Shown: positions 13,260 through 37,700 of the stretch, piece by piece | Layout: every line of letters begins with the position of its first letter | Numbering within the stretch: position 1 is the stretch's first letter | Origin: Balanoglossus misakiensis | Lineage: Eukaryota; Animalia; Hemichordata | Assembly (NCBI GenBank): GCA_040954595.2 | Contig: CM082594.2 | Span: 8,005,573-8,069,572, forward strand | Length of the DNA: 64,000 bases | Direction: 5' to 3' | Notes under the pieces: generated by a model | What the model saw: only the letters and a program-made list of their open reading frames with translations | Told to the model about the DNA's origin: nothing | Database searches by the model: none | Made by a program: the position numbers and the translations under genes

Positions 13260-14079
13260 AAAATAAATCATTATTAAAGAAAATTAATATTGCTTTAAAA
13301 GAGGCATGAATTGTAACCTGTGATGTGTTTTTGAAATATTTTATATTTACAGAATTATTTGTTATGTTATCTGTAGCTGATCAAAATGTATAATATTCTG
13401 TTTGTCAACAAATCCGGCATGCCAATAATAAACAACGCATACGAGACATCCCTGCTGGGTTTATACAATCCTTACCATGTGCAAGTATTTTATTTGTATA
13501 ATTTGTTTGTCACAATAATTTGTAATAACTGGTTCCTCTTTTAAACAGTATTTCAGGAATCATACAATGTATGCATACCCACACTGTATGTTTATTTGTC
13601 ATGTAAGTAATATTGAAGCCCTTAGAAATAAACTTGCCAAATCCCCATCATTTATGGTTGCTTGATGGACAGATAATTTTAAATCAAAGCGTTGATTATC
13701 AAAGGAAAGCTCTTTTTCTGAATTTTATTCCTTTAGCTTAATTTTTAGTACCAAACATGTTTGTTTTTGTCTTAAAAGCAGATTTAGGACAGTTTACTTG
13801 AAGTGTAAATGTCATCATGATTATTATATTATAAACCCATTGATCAGGATATCAGATGGTTCAGTTCCAATAGCTACCGATAGTTCAAATGGGCAGAGTG
13901 ACATTAATGTTATAAAGTTCTGAAAACAAGTACATGTACTCTTACATGAAGCACAACTTCAAACTAGGCTTCAAACCCCCTAAATATGGAAAATACGTTG
14001 TCTTTGGCATTTCAGGTTAAGTACCAATCGGTGATCAGGTGACATGACACCATTGTAAATAATGACACCAATGTTTATT

Positions 14080-24712
<10,633 letters not shown>

Positions 24713-26332
24713 CTCATTGCAACACCAACAGGACGGCCTGACCTTCTAGTAGGGACCTACCAGCATTCACTGTTTGGTTTGTTTCATATATTCTGACCTC
24801 TCCCCTTTAATAACGTGACCTGGTTAAACTAACATACATGTAATACTATTAGCTCTTCCATGAGGAAGGCATACCTACCCAGTTCTAACCCAGAACATTT
24901 CTCACGCGTCTTAATTTTTTTCTGGTCTGTCATGCCAACTTGTGCTACAAACATCCTCCACCACTGGCCTGATACTCGCCAAAACTGTAAACTGGAATCA
25001 TTATCTGCCTAGTCGCATGTCGATACCAGTGACACACGAGTCGAGGACATGAACGCCCAAGGTCACTTTCTGAATTGGTATTGTAACTCGCCATATCCTA
25101 CCGCCCACGGCGCACTTTGCGAAGCGACGAGGGTCTGGAAGCAAGACTATGTACGATGTTGACCTCTGCCCTTAGTTTTGTGTACAAACACGTCAATCTC
25201 CCCAGCAATTTCAGAGAATCCGAGATTCTGCCGCCATTAAACTGCCTTTTACCGAAATCTACAGCATTTCAACAGAGCCTGGACGAATCGTGCGTTAATT
25301 TACATTGATTTTTGTTGTGCTTTTCGAAGATGTTCGTTGTAGTTTTATTTTTTGTATGCGTTAAATCAGAAAATTTTCTCTTGTGTCGGGAAAATTCCAT
25401 AAAGATACATAGTTATTTTGCTTTCATTATAGGCCTACGACCGGACACCTCCACAACTTCTCAAGTCCCTTTAGTGTTCGGTTAAGACAGGTTTTAGTGT
25501 ATTACATTTGTATCAAGTTCCTCTTTGCAGCCACATATGCCCCCTCCCTAAGGGATTTATGAACGCTGCCTGCCACACTGTGCTAACAGCCTCGTTCCCA
25601 TATTTGTTCAGTAATATTTCCGGGTTCGTACGTGATCTGGGTGCGGTAGGAATCGGTGGCAAGGCTTGTGAATTTCTTAGCCATCGAAGCTACGGAATTT
25701 GTAGTTTTAATCTTGATCGCGTGAGGGTCCTTGACAAAGCGTCGACGGTACGGGAGGAGGCACGTTCAACGGTTCATATTATGAGGTCACATGACGGGCT
25801 CAAAGGTCACCTGAGTGTTTGCGTTCGTTCTAGTGGTATGGTAGTATGGCGTCAGCAACTGCAGTTATAGTTTGGTGGTGATTGTGTTGTGACTTGTACT
25901 CGGTGTCTTTTCCCCTTCCAGAATATCCCAGTCTCATCTAAGTTTCAACGAAAAAATCGTCGTCGTTAATGGTGAGTGACAGGTAATGCGTGTTTACATG
26001 TACCACAGAAATCTATCAGCCACACAACCAATATTGCACAGACACAAACTGTGGCACCCACTGAGTTCTTCAAGCGAAGAATGTTACAAGCGGAAATCCC
26101 CCGCTAGTCACTAGTTTAATACAGGGCGTTGTATCATTTCAACGAAATATCGGTTCCGGTTATAATTAATGTAAACGTAACGTATATAATCCATAATTTG
26201 CCTTATAATGTAAGGTTATCACTTTCGTTTTAACTCTTTGCGTTGTAATATACATACACATCCGACTTTGAGAAGAGTATGTCTTTCTAAATCTGTTGTA
26301 ATGTTGATTTCAGACACTCTCATCTAGCAGCT

Positions 26333-28357
26333 ATGGAGTTAAATAAAGATGCAGTCCAGGAAAGGATTTCTCTGAAACGCTTCTACGTGGAGAACGTGAT
26401 CCAAACAAAAGGAAATGGAGCAAAACAGAAGTTGTTTGAAAGGATTCAAACTTTCTTGGGAAGGATTCATTCGTTTTTGGAATATGCAAATCATAAAGAG
26501 AAGTTTTTTGTGCTGAGATTCGAAGATCATGTTGGCAAATATCATACGGATACAAATTTTCAAAAGAAAGCAACAGCGTTTGAAAATCTTGAGAAGTATG
26601 TGTATAACCTGCTTACAGCAAGATGGAAAAAGACATACAGAGTTATCAAGGTATGTAATGTTCAGTGTTTTGTGACTTCTTCCAGCATATTGTGTTTTTC
26701 CTACAATGTGATCACATCTTGAATCAAAGCATCTCATTGGACAGATGGCTTTGAGATGTCACATTCTTGTACAACGCCACAAAATGGACCTACCAGTAGC
26801 TTATTGCCAGATTTCAAATATCAACTGCATGCATAGCAGCAGTCATATTAATCTGTACTATTTTATATTTGACAGGAGAATACAGCCTTTTACAAGTGCA
26901 AGATAGAACCCCACTTGGCGAACGTCGACGTTATTTGGCGACAGATGGGCTACAGAAGAGAAGTTGCTTCCTGGGTATTGAGCACAGACATATCATCATC
27001 CGACTTGGCTGAGTTAGGTGTAGATTTGCTCATAGCCTCTGTTGAGTGTACATTTGTGAAGAAGTTGTATGATAAGGTGCATAGGTTTGATTTTGGTGAC
27101 CCAGCTGAGCTGGCTCTTGACGCACGTATCAACTGGAAGGGCACGGTGGACGAGTGCTACTTGTGGTTGTCGTTCAAAGTTCAAAGTCAAATCACCGATG
27201 AGAGAAAAGTATTGGAAGACGCTATGGGAAGTTCTGCGGCAAACTTAGTTTATTATGACGACGACGATGATTTGTACAGCCCAGGTCCAGAAGCTGTGTC
27301 CAGAAAGGGTCCGCTGACACAGGATGAACACATCGAGGCCAGCTTGATTGCAGTACTGTCAGAGCAGGCTGGGATATCTGAGAAGAAACCGAATTCGGAC
27401 AGAATGGCCCCGCCACCCGTGGAGATACACGTGCCTCCGCCACCGGAAAGGACCGACGCATCGTACAGGTATCTCACCGAGCCGACATACCAGTCTAAAA
27501 TGAGCACGCAAGATGACAATACCCACAATGCACTGCGGCCGGTTTTGAGAACTGTGCCAAGACAATCCTCGGGCAGCTCAGGGTATTCAAGTCTGCAGTA
27601 CTATCCCAGTAATGTTTCAGATTCTCGTGATAGCAACCCGACCGATCTGAAACCGAGAAAGCTTTCCAGTCCGGATGAGGCTTTCACTCCTTACGAAAAT
27701 TTGCCTCGGAGGCATGACATGAAACCGAAACCATCCCTACACAAAGCACAGCCGTCGGGTAACTACGGTCGAAGTGGATCATCGGAGCCAGTGCCCAGAA
27801 AAGTCGACACCTCGAAAAAATCTGAAAAATCCCACAGAAGTGAAGTGAAGGTACCAGCCAAGCCATCTAATATAAGCAGTGCAGCGAGAGGGACCCAATC
27901 AAAGCCTCCATTAATATTTTCCAGCATTAATGACTGGACATGCTTAACGTGTTTACACTTTAATCCTGGAACAACAACAAAGTGTGGCAGTTGCAACCAA
28001 CCAAAACCAAGCACTGTACATGGTCGTAGTAGTAGTAGCAGTATCACCAGTGGTTCATATCAAGCAAGGGATGAAGCGAAAAAAACAACATCAACTGACA
28101 AAAGCAAAGGTGCTGGTACTCAGTCGTCTGAATCCAAAAGGAAACTAAACATGTGGGAGTGTCCACACTGCACTACTATAAATGAGACTGTAGATAAAAT
28201 ATGCCGTGTGTGTTACAAGAGCAAAGATTTTTCCAATCCGGAGAATAAGCCCCAGACAGAAGGCAAAGTATGTCCAAAGTGTACATCTTTTAATGAACGG
28301 TGGGCTAAAAAGTGCAAAAACTGTAAGACGCCTTTGTCTTGTGAAACTAGTGTGTAA
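26333..28357 (+). CDS. SPATA2/Tamozhennic-like PUB-domain protein with three C-terminal RanBP2-type zinc fingers; 2 coding exons (26333-26650, 26876-28357)
   Basis: PUB-like AFENLEKYVYNLLTARWKKTYRVIK/ENTAFYKCKI...MGY resembles SPATA2 (PWKKEFRSIK...GY); S/P-rich linker; zinc fingers WTCLTC..N..CGSC, WECPHC..N..CRVC, VCPKC..N..CKNC. Confidence 0.78.
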
Positions 28358-29393
28358 GAGTGTTATTTTCATTCGTTCGGAATATGCCTTTTTGCAGATT
28401 TGACATTTTATTCTAGTATGACAATGGCTCATGATAGTCAGTCCTAATATGTATTGAAAGGCTAACCCTCACTTACCCTATTAGTTGAATTCACAAATCT
28501 GTGATTGATGCACTAAATAACAGAAGTTGAAAATTAATTCATTAGAATTCATAATGGAACTTGTAAGTTGACTTATAAGCCTAGGAATGTAATCTTGAAT
28601 ACCATAGATTATTCACAAAGCTTTGACACCAGCATACCACTCTTTTCTAGTAACCGTGAGCATACATACTGAACACATTTGCCTTCTCAATCACTGCTCT
28701 GATCTCACACAGAAAATTAATATATTTTAAAAATTCAATTTGATTTATAGTTCACAGGTAAGTATTCGTTATAGATAAAATGACAGTTTTCAATACATTG
28801 TAATTTCATATCTGGCTAGTTTGTTAGGCAAAATGTATATATAGCCAACGAGAGTTTATAGTTTGTGTTTAAATTCTGCTACATGCAAAGAATTAATGGA
28901 TATTAATTTCTTAGAGGTTATATGTGCTTGACACTGCAGTCTATAAAAATGTTATAAGACGTAAACTTTTGTCACTATTAAAAATGTCTACACTTATTGA
29001 CATGATTGAAATAAATGATAATAAATAAAAAAGCTGTGCCACCCTTTGTCCCTTTAATGTGTCTGAAGATTTTAGTCTGAAGGAATTTTTGACTGCCGTT
29101 CTACATCTGTACGATGAGCAGTATTCTGAAAGTTCCCGTATGTAAGGAGGAACAACAACAACGTCTTCATAACATTCCAGAGCTCCTACTTAACTAACTC
29201 CAAGAAAATCTAAAGTTACATAGCTGACATTAATGCGCCATGATCTATAATACGGTCCGGTATGCAAAGACCAATAGAGAACCGCGCATGTCCGCCGTAG
29301 ACTAAGAAGTCGATTCTCGTCGTATCTTTGAACTTTCGTTGAAAGAGTAGCATCGAGAGTTGCATATATTTGACAAGACGATACTTGGTCGAA

Positions 29394-30832
29394 ATGGTTT
29401 GGTATTTGCCCGTTATCGGCTATCTCTTGTCCTTTGTTGGCGTTGTGTTCTATGTGGTGAGCACGGCAACCAACTCCTGGCATGAAATGACTGTGGCCAG
29501 CGCAGAGACTCTCCATGTGTACACCCACGAAGGCCTCTGGAAAGTCTACACGGAGTATGTGGAAACGGGATTCACAGAAACCGTCACTCTTGGCACCAAA
29601 AACGTAGAGGGTAAGCTCATGAAGATACTAACAACGCGTCATAAACGTTTATCGTATATATACCAAAGCCTGGAAGTATTTTTGTAGTGAGATTTATTCC
29701 CCAAATACATATTTTTGACAGAAAAAGTGTCTTTAATTTACATACCAAAGTCCACTCTAATTTGTTTCTCCTCTGTGGGAAATACTGAAAGCACAAATCA
29801 CAACACAGTATCATTATCTGATTATTTTCGTTTGTGGAATTCCTGGCCGTGAATTTATTAACCATTGACCCTATTAAAAGAGTCGGAAAGGTCATTATCG
29901 GCCTTAATCTTTTAACGATTTTTCAGGTCGCAGAGCTATACTGTGGGATGTGCAAAATATCACCATCAATTTTATTATTTTATGTATATAATGTCGCATC
30001 GTATATCATCCCGTGATATACTGGAAATGATCACTTCTTTTTACGAAATAATGTATACCTAAATGTCATAAATTAGACCTATAGTTTCCCAATAATTTTC
30101 TACTCTTTCCTATTATTCACCATTTTCTTCGTTTCTTGATTTAGCTTATATTCACTTGGCACGCGCTTGTATGATCATTGCTTGCATCGTCGGGATTGCC
30201 AACCTCATCGTTGCCTTGGTTGCGTTTCTGAACAAAGCTGATCCGGTGTGGGTGCAAATGGCCGGCCTCACACTCTGTCTGACTGGTGAGTGAGTGCCTT
30301 CAAGGCTTGTCTATGAAGACACGATCGGAATGTTGACCGTAGTTCGCTCCACTCCATAGCTCTGTCACAGAAATACTTTCACATCTCTTTTTGATGCTGA
30401 AGGCAATATAACCGATATGCGACATGGCTATTGAGATTACGATGTTACATTATTGGCCAAGTATGACTGTGTAGGCCTATATACTATAGTACCATAATTT
30501 TTATCGGTTATTTTCGTGTTTTGCAGATATAAAATATGACATGAACATTCTTTCGAGAATTGAAGTGCCAATCATTCTTGACGCATTAAAATTGACTTTC
30601 CATGTTCACTTCCTATATAACTACATTCTTACAGTATCATCGTCTCTCTTTATATGTTACAGTTGGATGTATTTTAACTGCAACACTTTGGTACGGAGCA
30701 AAGGTTGAGCCGTATTCTCGAAGACCAAATACCGAAGACTTCAGCTTCGGATACTCTATCATTCTGGCATGGGTCTCCATACCGATTGTTGTCGTAGGCG
30801 GCGCTCTGTTGACGATAAAATATCAAACCTGA
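29394..30832 (+). CDS. PMP22/EMP/claudin-superfamily four-TM protein; 3 exons (29394-29610, 30145-30285, 30663-30832)
   Basis: TM1 then STATNSW, HEGLW, ARACMII in TM2, FGYSIILAW in TM4; four hydrophobic segments; exons join in phase 1. Confidence 0.8.
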
Positions 30833-31773
30833 CTTTCTGATCAAACAGAGATGTAGAGAATGTGTATATAGTTTTCCTTGTACTAGTTTGTTCAATGTCA
30901 AAAGTTTCATGTTCGAGTTAAATTCAACTAATTTTCCTTTGTACTGGTGGCCTAAGACGTGTGATTAGGGTCTAATAATTAGTGTTATGTCCATTGTGAT
31001 TCAACTTGCGAACTACTAATTCCGCATCTACAGACAGCCCGGGGAAGTCGCGTAGGGCAACAGACTCGCAGGAAATATTGGCCATGAATGCACGTATCAA
31101 TGTAGGTTCTTTAGTACATGTATTACAAAATAAAGACAATGTCCCCCTATATTGAGTCACTTTTGCCTCGTCTTTTCCCCTATTCTAATCATTACATAGG
31201 GGTGAAGTGTGAAGGGGGATCGGGGGAAGGCTTTCTGGGCCTAGTTGACTAAATAATAACTTTATTCATTGGTCTCATTCACCCACTAGTACATTGCATG
31301 AATCTACAGCCACTCCGAACCAAGAAAATAGTTTGTAGTAAAACTGCAGTTTCGCCGTCCCAAACATTGTGGGAAAGTGAAAACGAGAAAGCGCCGCGCG
31401 TTGTTCAGAATGGCAAATCAGTGGAGTAAAGAAATAACGGGAAAATAATGGCGACGTGAGGTATATCATATGAGTCGACTGTCGTCTAGCTAGTCACACT
31501 TGCAGTGATGGAATGCTCTTTTCTCGAGCTCCGACACGCAAAGTAGGGTTTGGGGACATGGGCTCATCAATACCACACAGTATCGCCCAGTGTTTTGTTT
31601 TAGTAGGGCTGTAATTTGCATAAGAAAAGGTAGGTGTCGCTACGACGACGGCGTCTGCCCTGCTGAGCGTCTGCTACAAAGTGGGAGGTGTCGGAGTTAC
31701 CGGAAGTGCAATCTTGTTTGTGCCACTGTTACTTTTAGCCGTGTAGTTCTGGTTTGAACACTCGGAGGCCACG

Positions 31774-34700
31774 ATGACGGACGGAACGGAGCTGGTTTCT
31801 TTCAGCTCGTGGGTGGACCGCAGCAAAATCCGCGAGCTGTGCCCGTCCGCAGAACTGGACGGCCGAAACGACAAAGTCAAGGAGCTTCTCCCGGACGACG
31901 TGACCGACGGAAAGCGACTGAAAAATGCCATCAGAAACGGCGAATGGCCTCCAACTCACACGATACGCCACAGGCTGTGGCATGAGATCTACTGTAGCAG
32001 AAACAGCCACCCTGCCGCAGCAGCAGTCTATGTGGAAACGGCTGACAACACCCAAGGTACGTGGTGCGATCAATATTGATATTTCGAAGGCCGACAGAAA
32101 GTGAATAGTTACATACCCACGTGACTGTTAATTTTTCCAAAATTAGAAAAGAATAATATTTCGGCATACTTTGATGTAATATTTCATCATTGCAATATAC
32201 AACATGGCATTAACATTCAGTGATTCATTGGTAGTTGAATTACTTTGCAATAAAAATTATAAATTAACAAGTAAAAAATCAATATCATTGTCAATTTCCC
32301 AACATAATGGATTGAGAACTACAGTTTTAAAAGGCTCAATGTATGCAAATGAGCTCAGCTGAAAAAAATGCCAAAATTGTTAAAAGTCAAGAACTTAATG
32401 GTCAGACGTTTGGAAATTGGGTTGTATGCACCAGTTTATTATTTAACTTAGCTATTCATATTTAAATATACATAATTTGTGTATACCCATCAGTAAGCCA
32501 TTGAGTGGACCATTGTGTTTGACAATCATGAAAAAAAAAATGGCAGCTTCAAAGCTGTACATAGGGACAGGTTTATTTTTTCAACAAATTGGAGTGATTT
32601 TTGGAAAACACTGTCACAGTCCTTTGGGTTCAGTTTACAAACCTCAATGGGAGTTAGAAGAAATTCTTCATTTTTGATTGTCTGCGCGGCATTTTATAGC
32701 TGCATGGCTCACAGGGGGAATCCTGCAGAGTGACCTAATTGGTTACCATGGCTATAGAACATTAAAATAACATGGAAATGCAGAAAATGTAAAACTATTT
32801 CTAAAATTAGTTTTTTTTTAACGAGACAGAGGAATTATGTTTGATATCACAGAGAAACTGCATGAGTCATTTGGTTTCAGATTTGATAGGTTGACCCAGA
32901 TGACCTTTCAGCTGACTGCAATTTGATTAGAGTCGAAAGAATGATGAGTTTAGAGTCGGGATTTACCATGTTGGATAGCTGTGAAATTGTAGTGATTATT
33001 TCTAAGCTGTCTGAATTGATCATCATTACGTCTGCTTTTTTACATTACTGAGCCAAATGTGGTTACATGCATTCAAGAAAATGCAGCCTGTGATTCACTC
33101 CCAATCATTCCATGCAAGCATATATTCGACATAATTTTCTTTTCAGTTATATTTATTCATGCAGACTCTAATGTATAGATGAGAATCAGTAACTATTTGC
33201 CCTTGCTTAAAATTCATTCGCAAATTAGTTTGAAATCTGCAATGTGTGTGTGCTGTATTTATTGCCTTTATTGGGTTGTGTCCTATGCTGTTATCGTCAT
33301 GGTGATGCATACAGATGTAGTGAAAATCTCACTCCTAAGTCGGATGTAGGAAATGCAATGTGACAAATTTAGTAACAGTTCTTTTTCTGTACTTCCCTTG
33401 TGCTAAATTTGAGTGTGATGATGTTACAGTGTATTGAACCACCTCCAGAAGTTGACGTGAAAGTGAATTAATCTTTAACAGCTCTTATAACCTCAACCTA
33501 AGCTGGTTCAATAAATACTGTATACTGCATTTGTGAATTTGTCTTTAAAAACTTGCAATTTTCTCCTTTTTATTTCAGGATGGCAGACACATATCCCAGC
33601 ATTCATCGACAACACAAACATCATGACATATGCCCTTAACACACAAGGCAGATCACTAGTCAAAAAGATACTCTGTATCATAGAACACGTACACACAGAT
33701 ATTACATATTGCCCTCTGCTGCCTGCCATTACAAGCCTCTTGCTGCATTATATGGGAGAAGAAGAATGTTACAGTAGCCTGTCCAAATTACTGACCAGTC
33801 GGCAACCACGGTACTTGACGCAGACCAGGACTGCCTACCAAGCTTCCATTCTGACATTGAGAGATCTTGCCAAGAAGTATGCTGTAAGTATCAGAATGTT
33901 GTGACTTTGTACTGTTTTCTGTATATCAGGTCACACCCATTTTCTGTATATCAGGTCACACCCATAACTATTTTCAAAAATAGAACAGTTCTCATAGATG
34001 TGAAAGCTATGCAAAACTCTACCTCGACTACAACAGAAACAGAACATTGCTGTTTTGAGTGGTGCACGTAGCAGCTTGTGTGAATTAGTAATACCTTAAA
34101 ATATCAGTCTGTGTCATGACCCAGTTATAGAATGGCTATTCGACTTCACTGGTGGGTCTGTTTTGTAAATAGAATTTTTATATTTTTACGTACGTGAAAT
34201 AAAAATAAATGCACATCTATCTTGTGATCATTGTCATTATCCTCCCCTACCTGCAACATTGACCAAACATGGTAATCATCATCTATTAGCAGTGAGCCGC
34301 ATATTCATATAAAGTTGCATGTTTTTGATGTTTCAGGAAACAGCTCATCAATATATCTCTCGCAAGTCACAGGGTGAAGACGATGTATATGCTGAATGGA
34401 TGTGGTGGATTTTTAAATATTTACCCTTCACACACCTGGTATGTGACAAGCAGCTAAGCCAATTAAATTTCTTAATTAACAGTCTTTTACAGCTAAACCC
34501 TTTTCTGGTATATAATACATACTAAGTCCTCATTATTGCTCATTATTGCATAATTCTCGATGGAGTTGATTAATACATTGTATTTGCAATATCTGGGTCC
34601 CAGCAGTATGCAAAGTTATTACATATCAAATAAGCCGAGGGATTTGAGCAAAGTATCTTTTAATGTGGATGTATAGTGAAGATACCTACTTTAACATCTG

Positions 34701-37700
34701 ATAACGGAAATGTCAATGTCTTGTTACATTGTGTACAAAGTAATATCTTTTAAAGACTACTAAACCTGACATAGAAGTGGTTTATCCTCATTTCACTGAA
34801 CCATCAGTCTGATAAATTGAATTACTCTCTCACATGTGTGTCTACACACATGACCTTTCCAGCTCTGACTTTTCGTGAGACACATCTGATGATATCTTTA
34901 ATTAAATAAAAGCTAATATTCCTTGCTGTTGTCGTCAAATTCCTGCAGATTCTCGGTTGATGATTTTGATCAGGTTTTAAGAAGCAATGTGGATGATTGC
35001 ACATGAGAGTTGACATTAATCTGTGTGAGTCGTAAAGACATATCTTCAGGTTAAAACAGCAGCTGTGAATGCAGCATAATTACGAAAAGTGATCCAATTA
35101 TCAAAATTGAACCAAAAAGTGGAAAAGCATAAATAAATTGACAGTTATGAAATGTGATTCTCATGTTCACTTTCTGTGCTGTCCATTCCATTGCTTTTAT
35201 AATCTGTTCATAAATCCGCAAAGTGGGTTAAATAATTAGGAGATATTACCCTCTTCAGTTTTCAGGGATTCTACTTTCAATATCTTGCTATGAATATGAC
35301 AGACATTGAAAGAATGATTTAGTAGACATTAACTCCATTTCATGGGTGTAAGATAAAAGTATCTGAAAAGGAATTTGTCATCATCTACAGTGCCCCTTTT
35401 GCCATTCATTATCTGTACTCGTTGCCAAGGAAACTCTTGAAAATACAGAACGCAGTTTGATGATGATTGCTTGCCCTGTGGTATGTGGGTTTCTGATTGT
35501 TTGCAGTGTACTTAGACCCAAGTGCTGTAATACTGGATGATGAGATGGAAGTATGAAAGATAGCTTCAGTATGATTGAATTTCTACTGTGTGTTTTGTGT
35601 TAGTCAGTCATGGCTATAATATCCAGTCATAAGATAGAGTGGATTTTATACTTTTATCTGTTGACGTCATAAATGCCTTTTTTCTGCTAGCCTTTCATTC
35701 TTTATGAAGCATAAATTTAGTATTTTTCGTGGTGATATTAAAACAGTCGTGAAAATCAGTGTTTTGAAAATCAAATATGTCTGGCAATGTATTGAACCAA
35801 ACTGACAACGTTGAATACCAAGTAGCATTGTAAAGTACTACAACACTAGACTGTCGGTAATGTCAGTAGCTAGCCCCTGTTCGCCTCATTTCAAAGCTGA
35901 CATGTCAAACCACTGTGGCAATCGTAAGATTAGCATCTTGTCCATGCAATAGTAAATGCATCAGCATTTGTATGTCACATGTCAATCATTCTGGTACGTT
36001 TCTACTGTCAGATTGTAACTGTGACATCATTGAACCGGTAGAAATGCCAGAAAAATCGGATGCAGGTCATGCAGCCGTGATGAATACAAAATTCATTGCA
36101 TCACAAAAACCGTCATTTGCATATCACTGCCGAATCCTTGACGATCAATGAAAAAAATGAAAACACCTGCGCCTGTCCATAACCTTGAGAGTTTATTTTG
36201 TAGCGAGAATTCCTGAACAAGATCATGATATGGTCATTTAGGATTGGAAGAATTTTCGTCTTTTTCAGGACTTTGCTTGTACACATATTCAGAAAAATGC
36301 ACATGTATATGATTGTTAGTTTCAAACAGAGCATGCTGCATAATTTCGGTTTTATACCTGAAATGAACATAATATCATTTTTTGGCTCTATTTTAAATAG
36401 TAAATTTGTGTTGCTATAGTGATGCACAACTATGTACATTGATTTCTCAGAAAGTAAGCCGTATTGATTTTGTTGTGAAAGTGTTAAAGCCACAGTATTT
36501 CTCGTAGGGGCAAAATTTTGTTTGAAACGGCATCTATAATTTCTAAAAGTAGGTGATAATTGATACTGAATCGAACAGTCATCATCCCCAGCTCTGCTGA
36601 TAAACTCATACAATTTACAATATAACGAGTGAAGAATGACTTTCTGTCCGGACAGAAAGTCACGTGAGTCAGGCTAATGTTGACACACGTGACTAGTGCG
36701 CATGCGCACTCAAATGTGAATCTATGCGGAAGAGGTTTGGTCGCCCCAAATCAAGCGACTCAGCGAAGAAATGCGCACTAATTCGGCGAAATTTTGGGAA
36801 GATAACTTTGTGGGAGAAATCAGTCGATGGAACCAGATAAAATCCGAAAATGGTCTGACCATCAAAATGTCAAAGTGGCACGTTTGCTGATCGACATGTA
36901 CAACATTTCCGTTGTAAACAAACCCGCGCATCATTTCAAGTGTTACGGGCAATATTTTCGGCTTGCATGTAGCTACAATTGCCCAAACCTTTCTTACATC
37001 TTCATTATATAGTATTCCATGATGGATGTACTGGAAAAACGGGCTTTTTTCGATGATGAAAAATGGATGCACACGAGAAATACTGGGGCTTTAAGCTATT
37101 ATGTCTTTCTGGTGTAGATTGCCACAGATACAGTGTACTGAGTTATATAAATTCGTAATCACTGCATCAGTATTCAAACTCAGGTGGTGCTAGAGGATTA
37201 TCATAAAAAATCATAATGCATTTTTTATTTTAAAAAATCTCAAAGCAAAATTAGCTCAATAACATGTCCAAACAAAATCATGACAGAGATGAATAAATAA
37301 CAGTGAATTTAAGATTTAATGCTGATTTCTTTCTGAACATGACAGCAAATTCATTGATGCTTAACTAATGTTAAGTTGAAATATTGATGATGGCTACTCG
37401 GCCTGCATGCGCCAAATCACGTATCGGTGTAATTGCATTGCAGGATATGGTTGAGTGATTGGTATGTGTAGTTCCTAATGGTATTCTGAATGAAGTCACA
37501 ATTCTATCTGATTGTGCCTGCTCTGACTTGGACCGCACGGCTTAGAGTGTGTGTGCTTTGAGAAAATGTTTGGAATTATAGATGGGGAACGTGCTCCCAG
37601 TGGAAAGCAATATGCATATGTCTGTATTCTTTTCTGAAAGGGACATTGATGGAATATCACAGGCTGTATATATCGACACTGTGCATCAAATGAAGCCTGC

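Noticed and set aside
35915-37072. Intronic ORFs (166 aa, 116 aa) as a nested gene or transposase
   Set aside because: No DDE or other motifs; they overlap a non-autonomous element and AT-rich intron.
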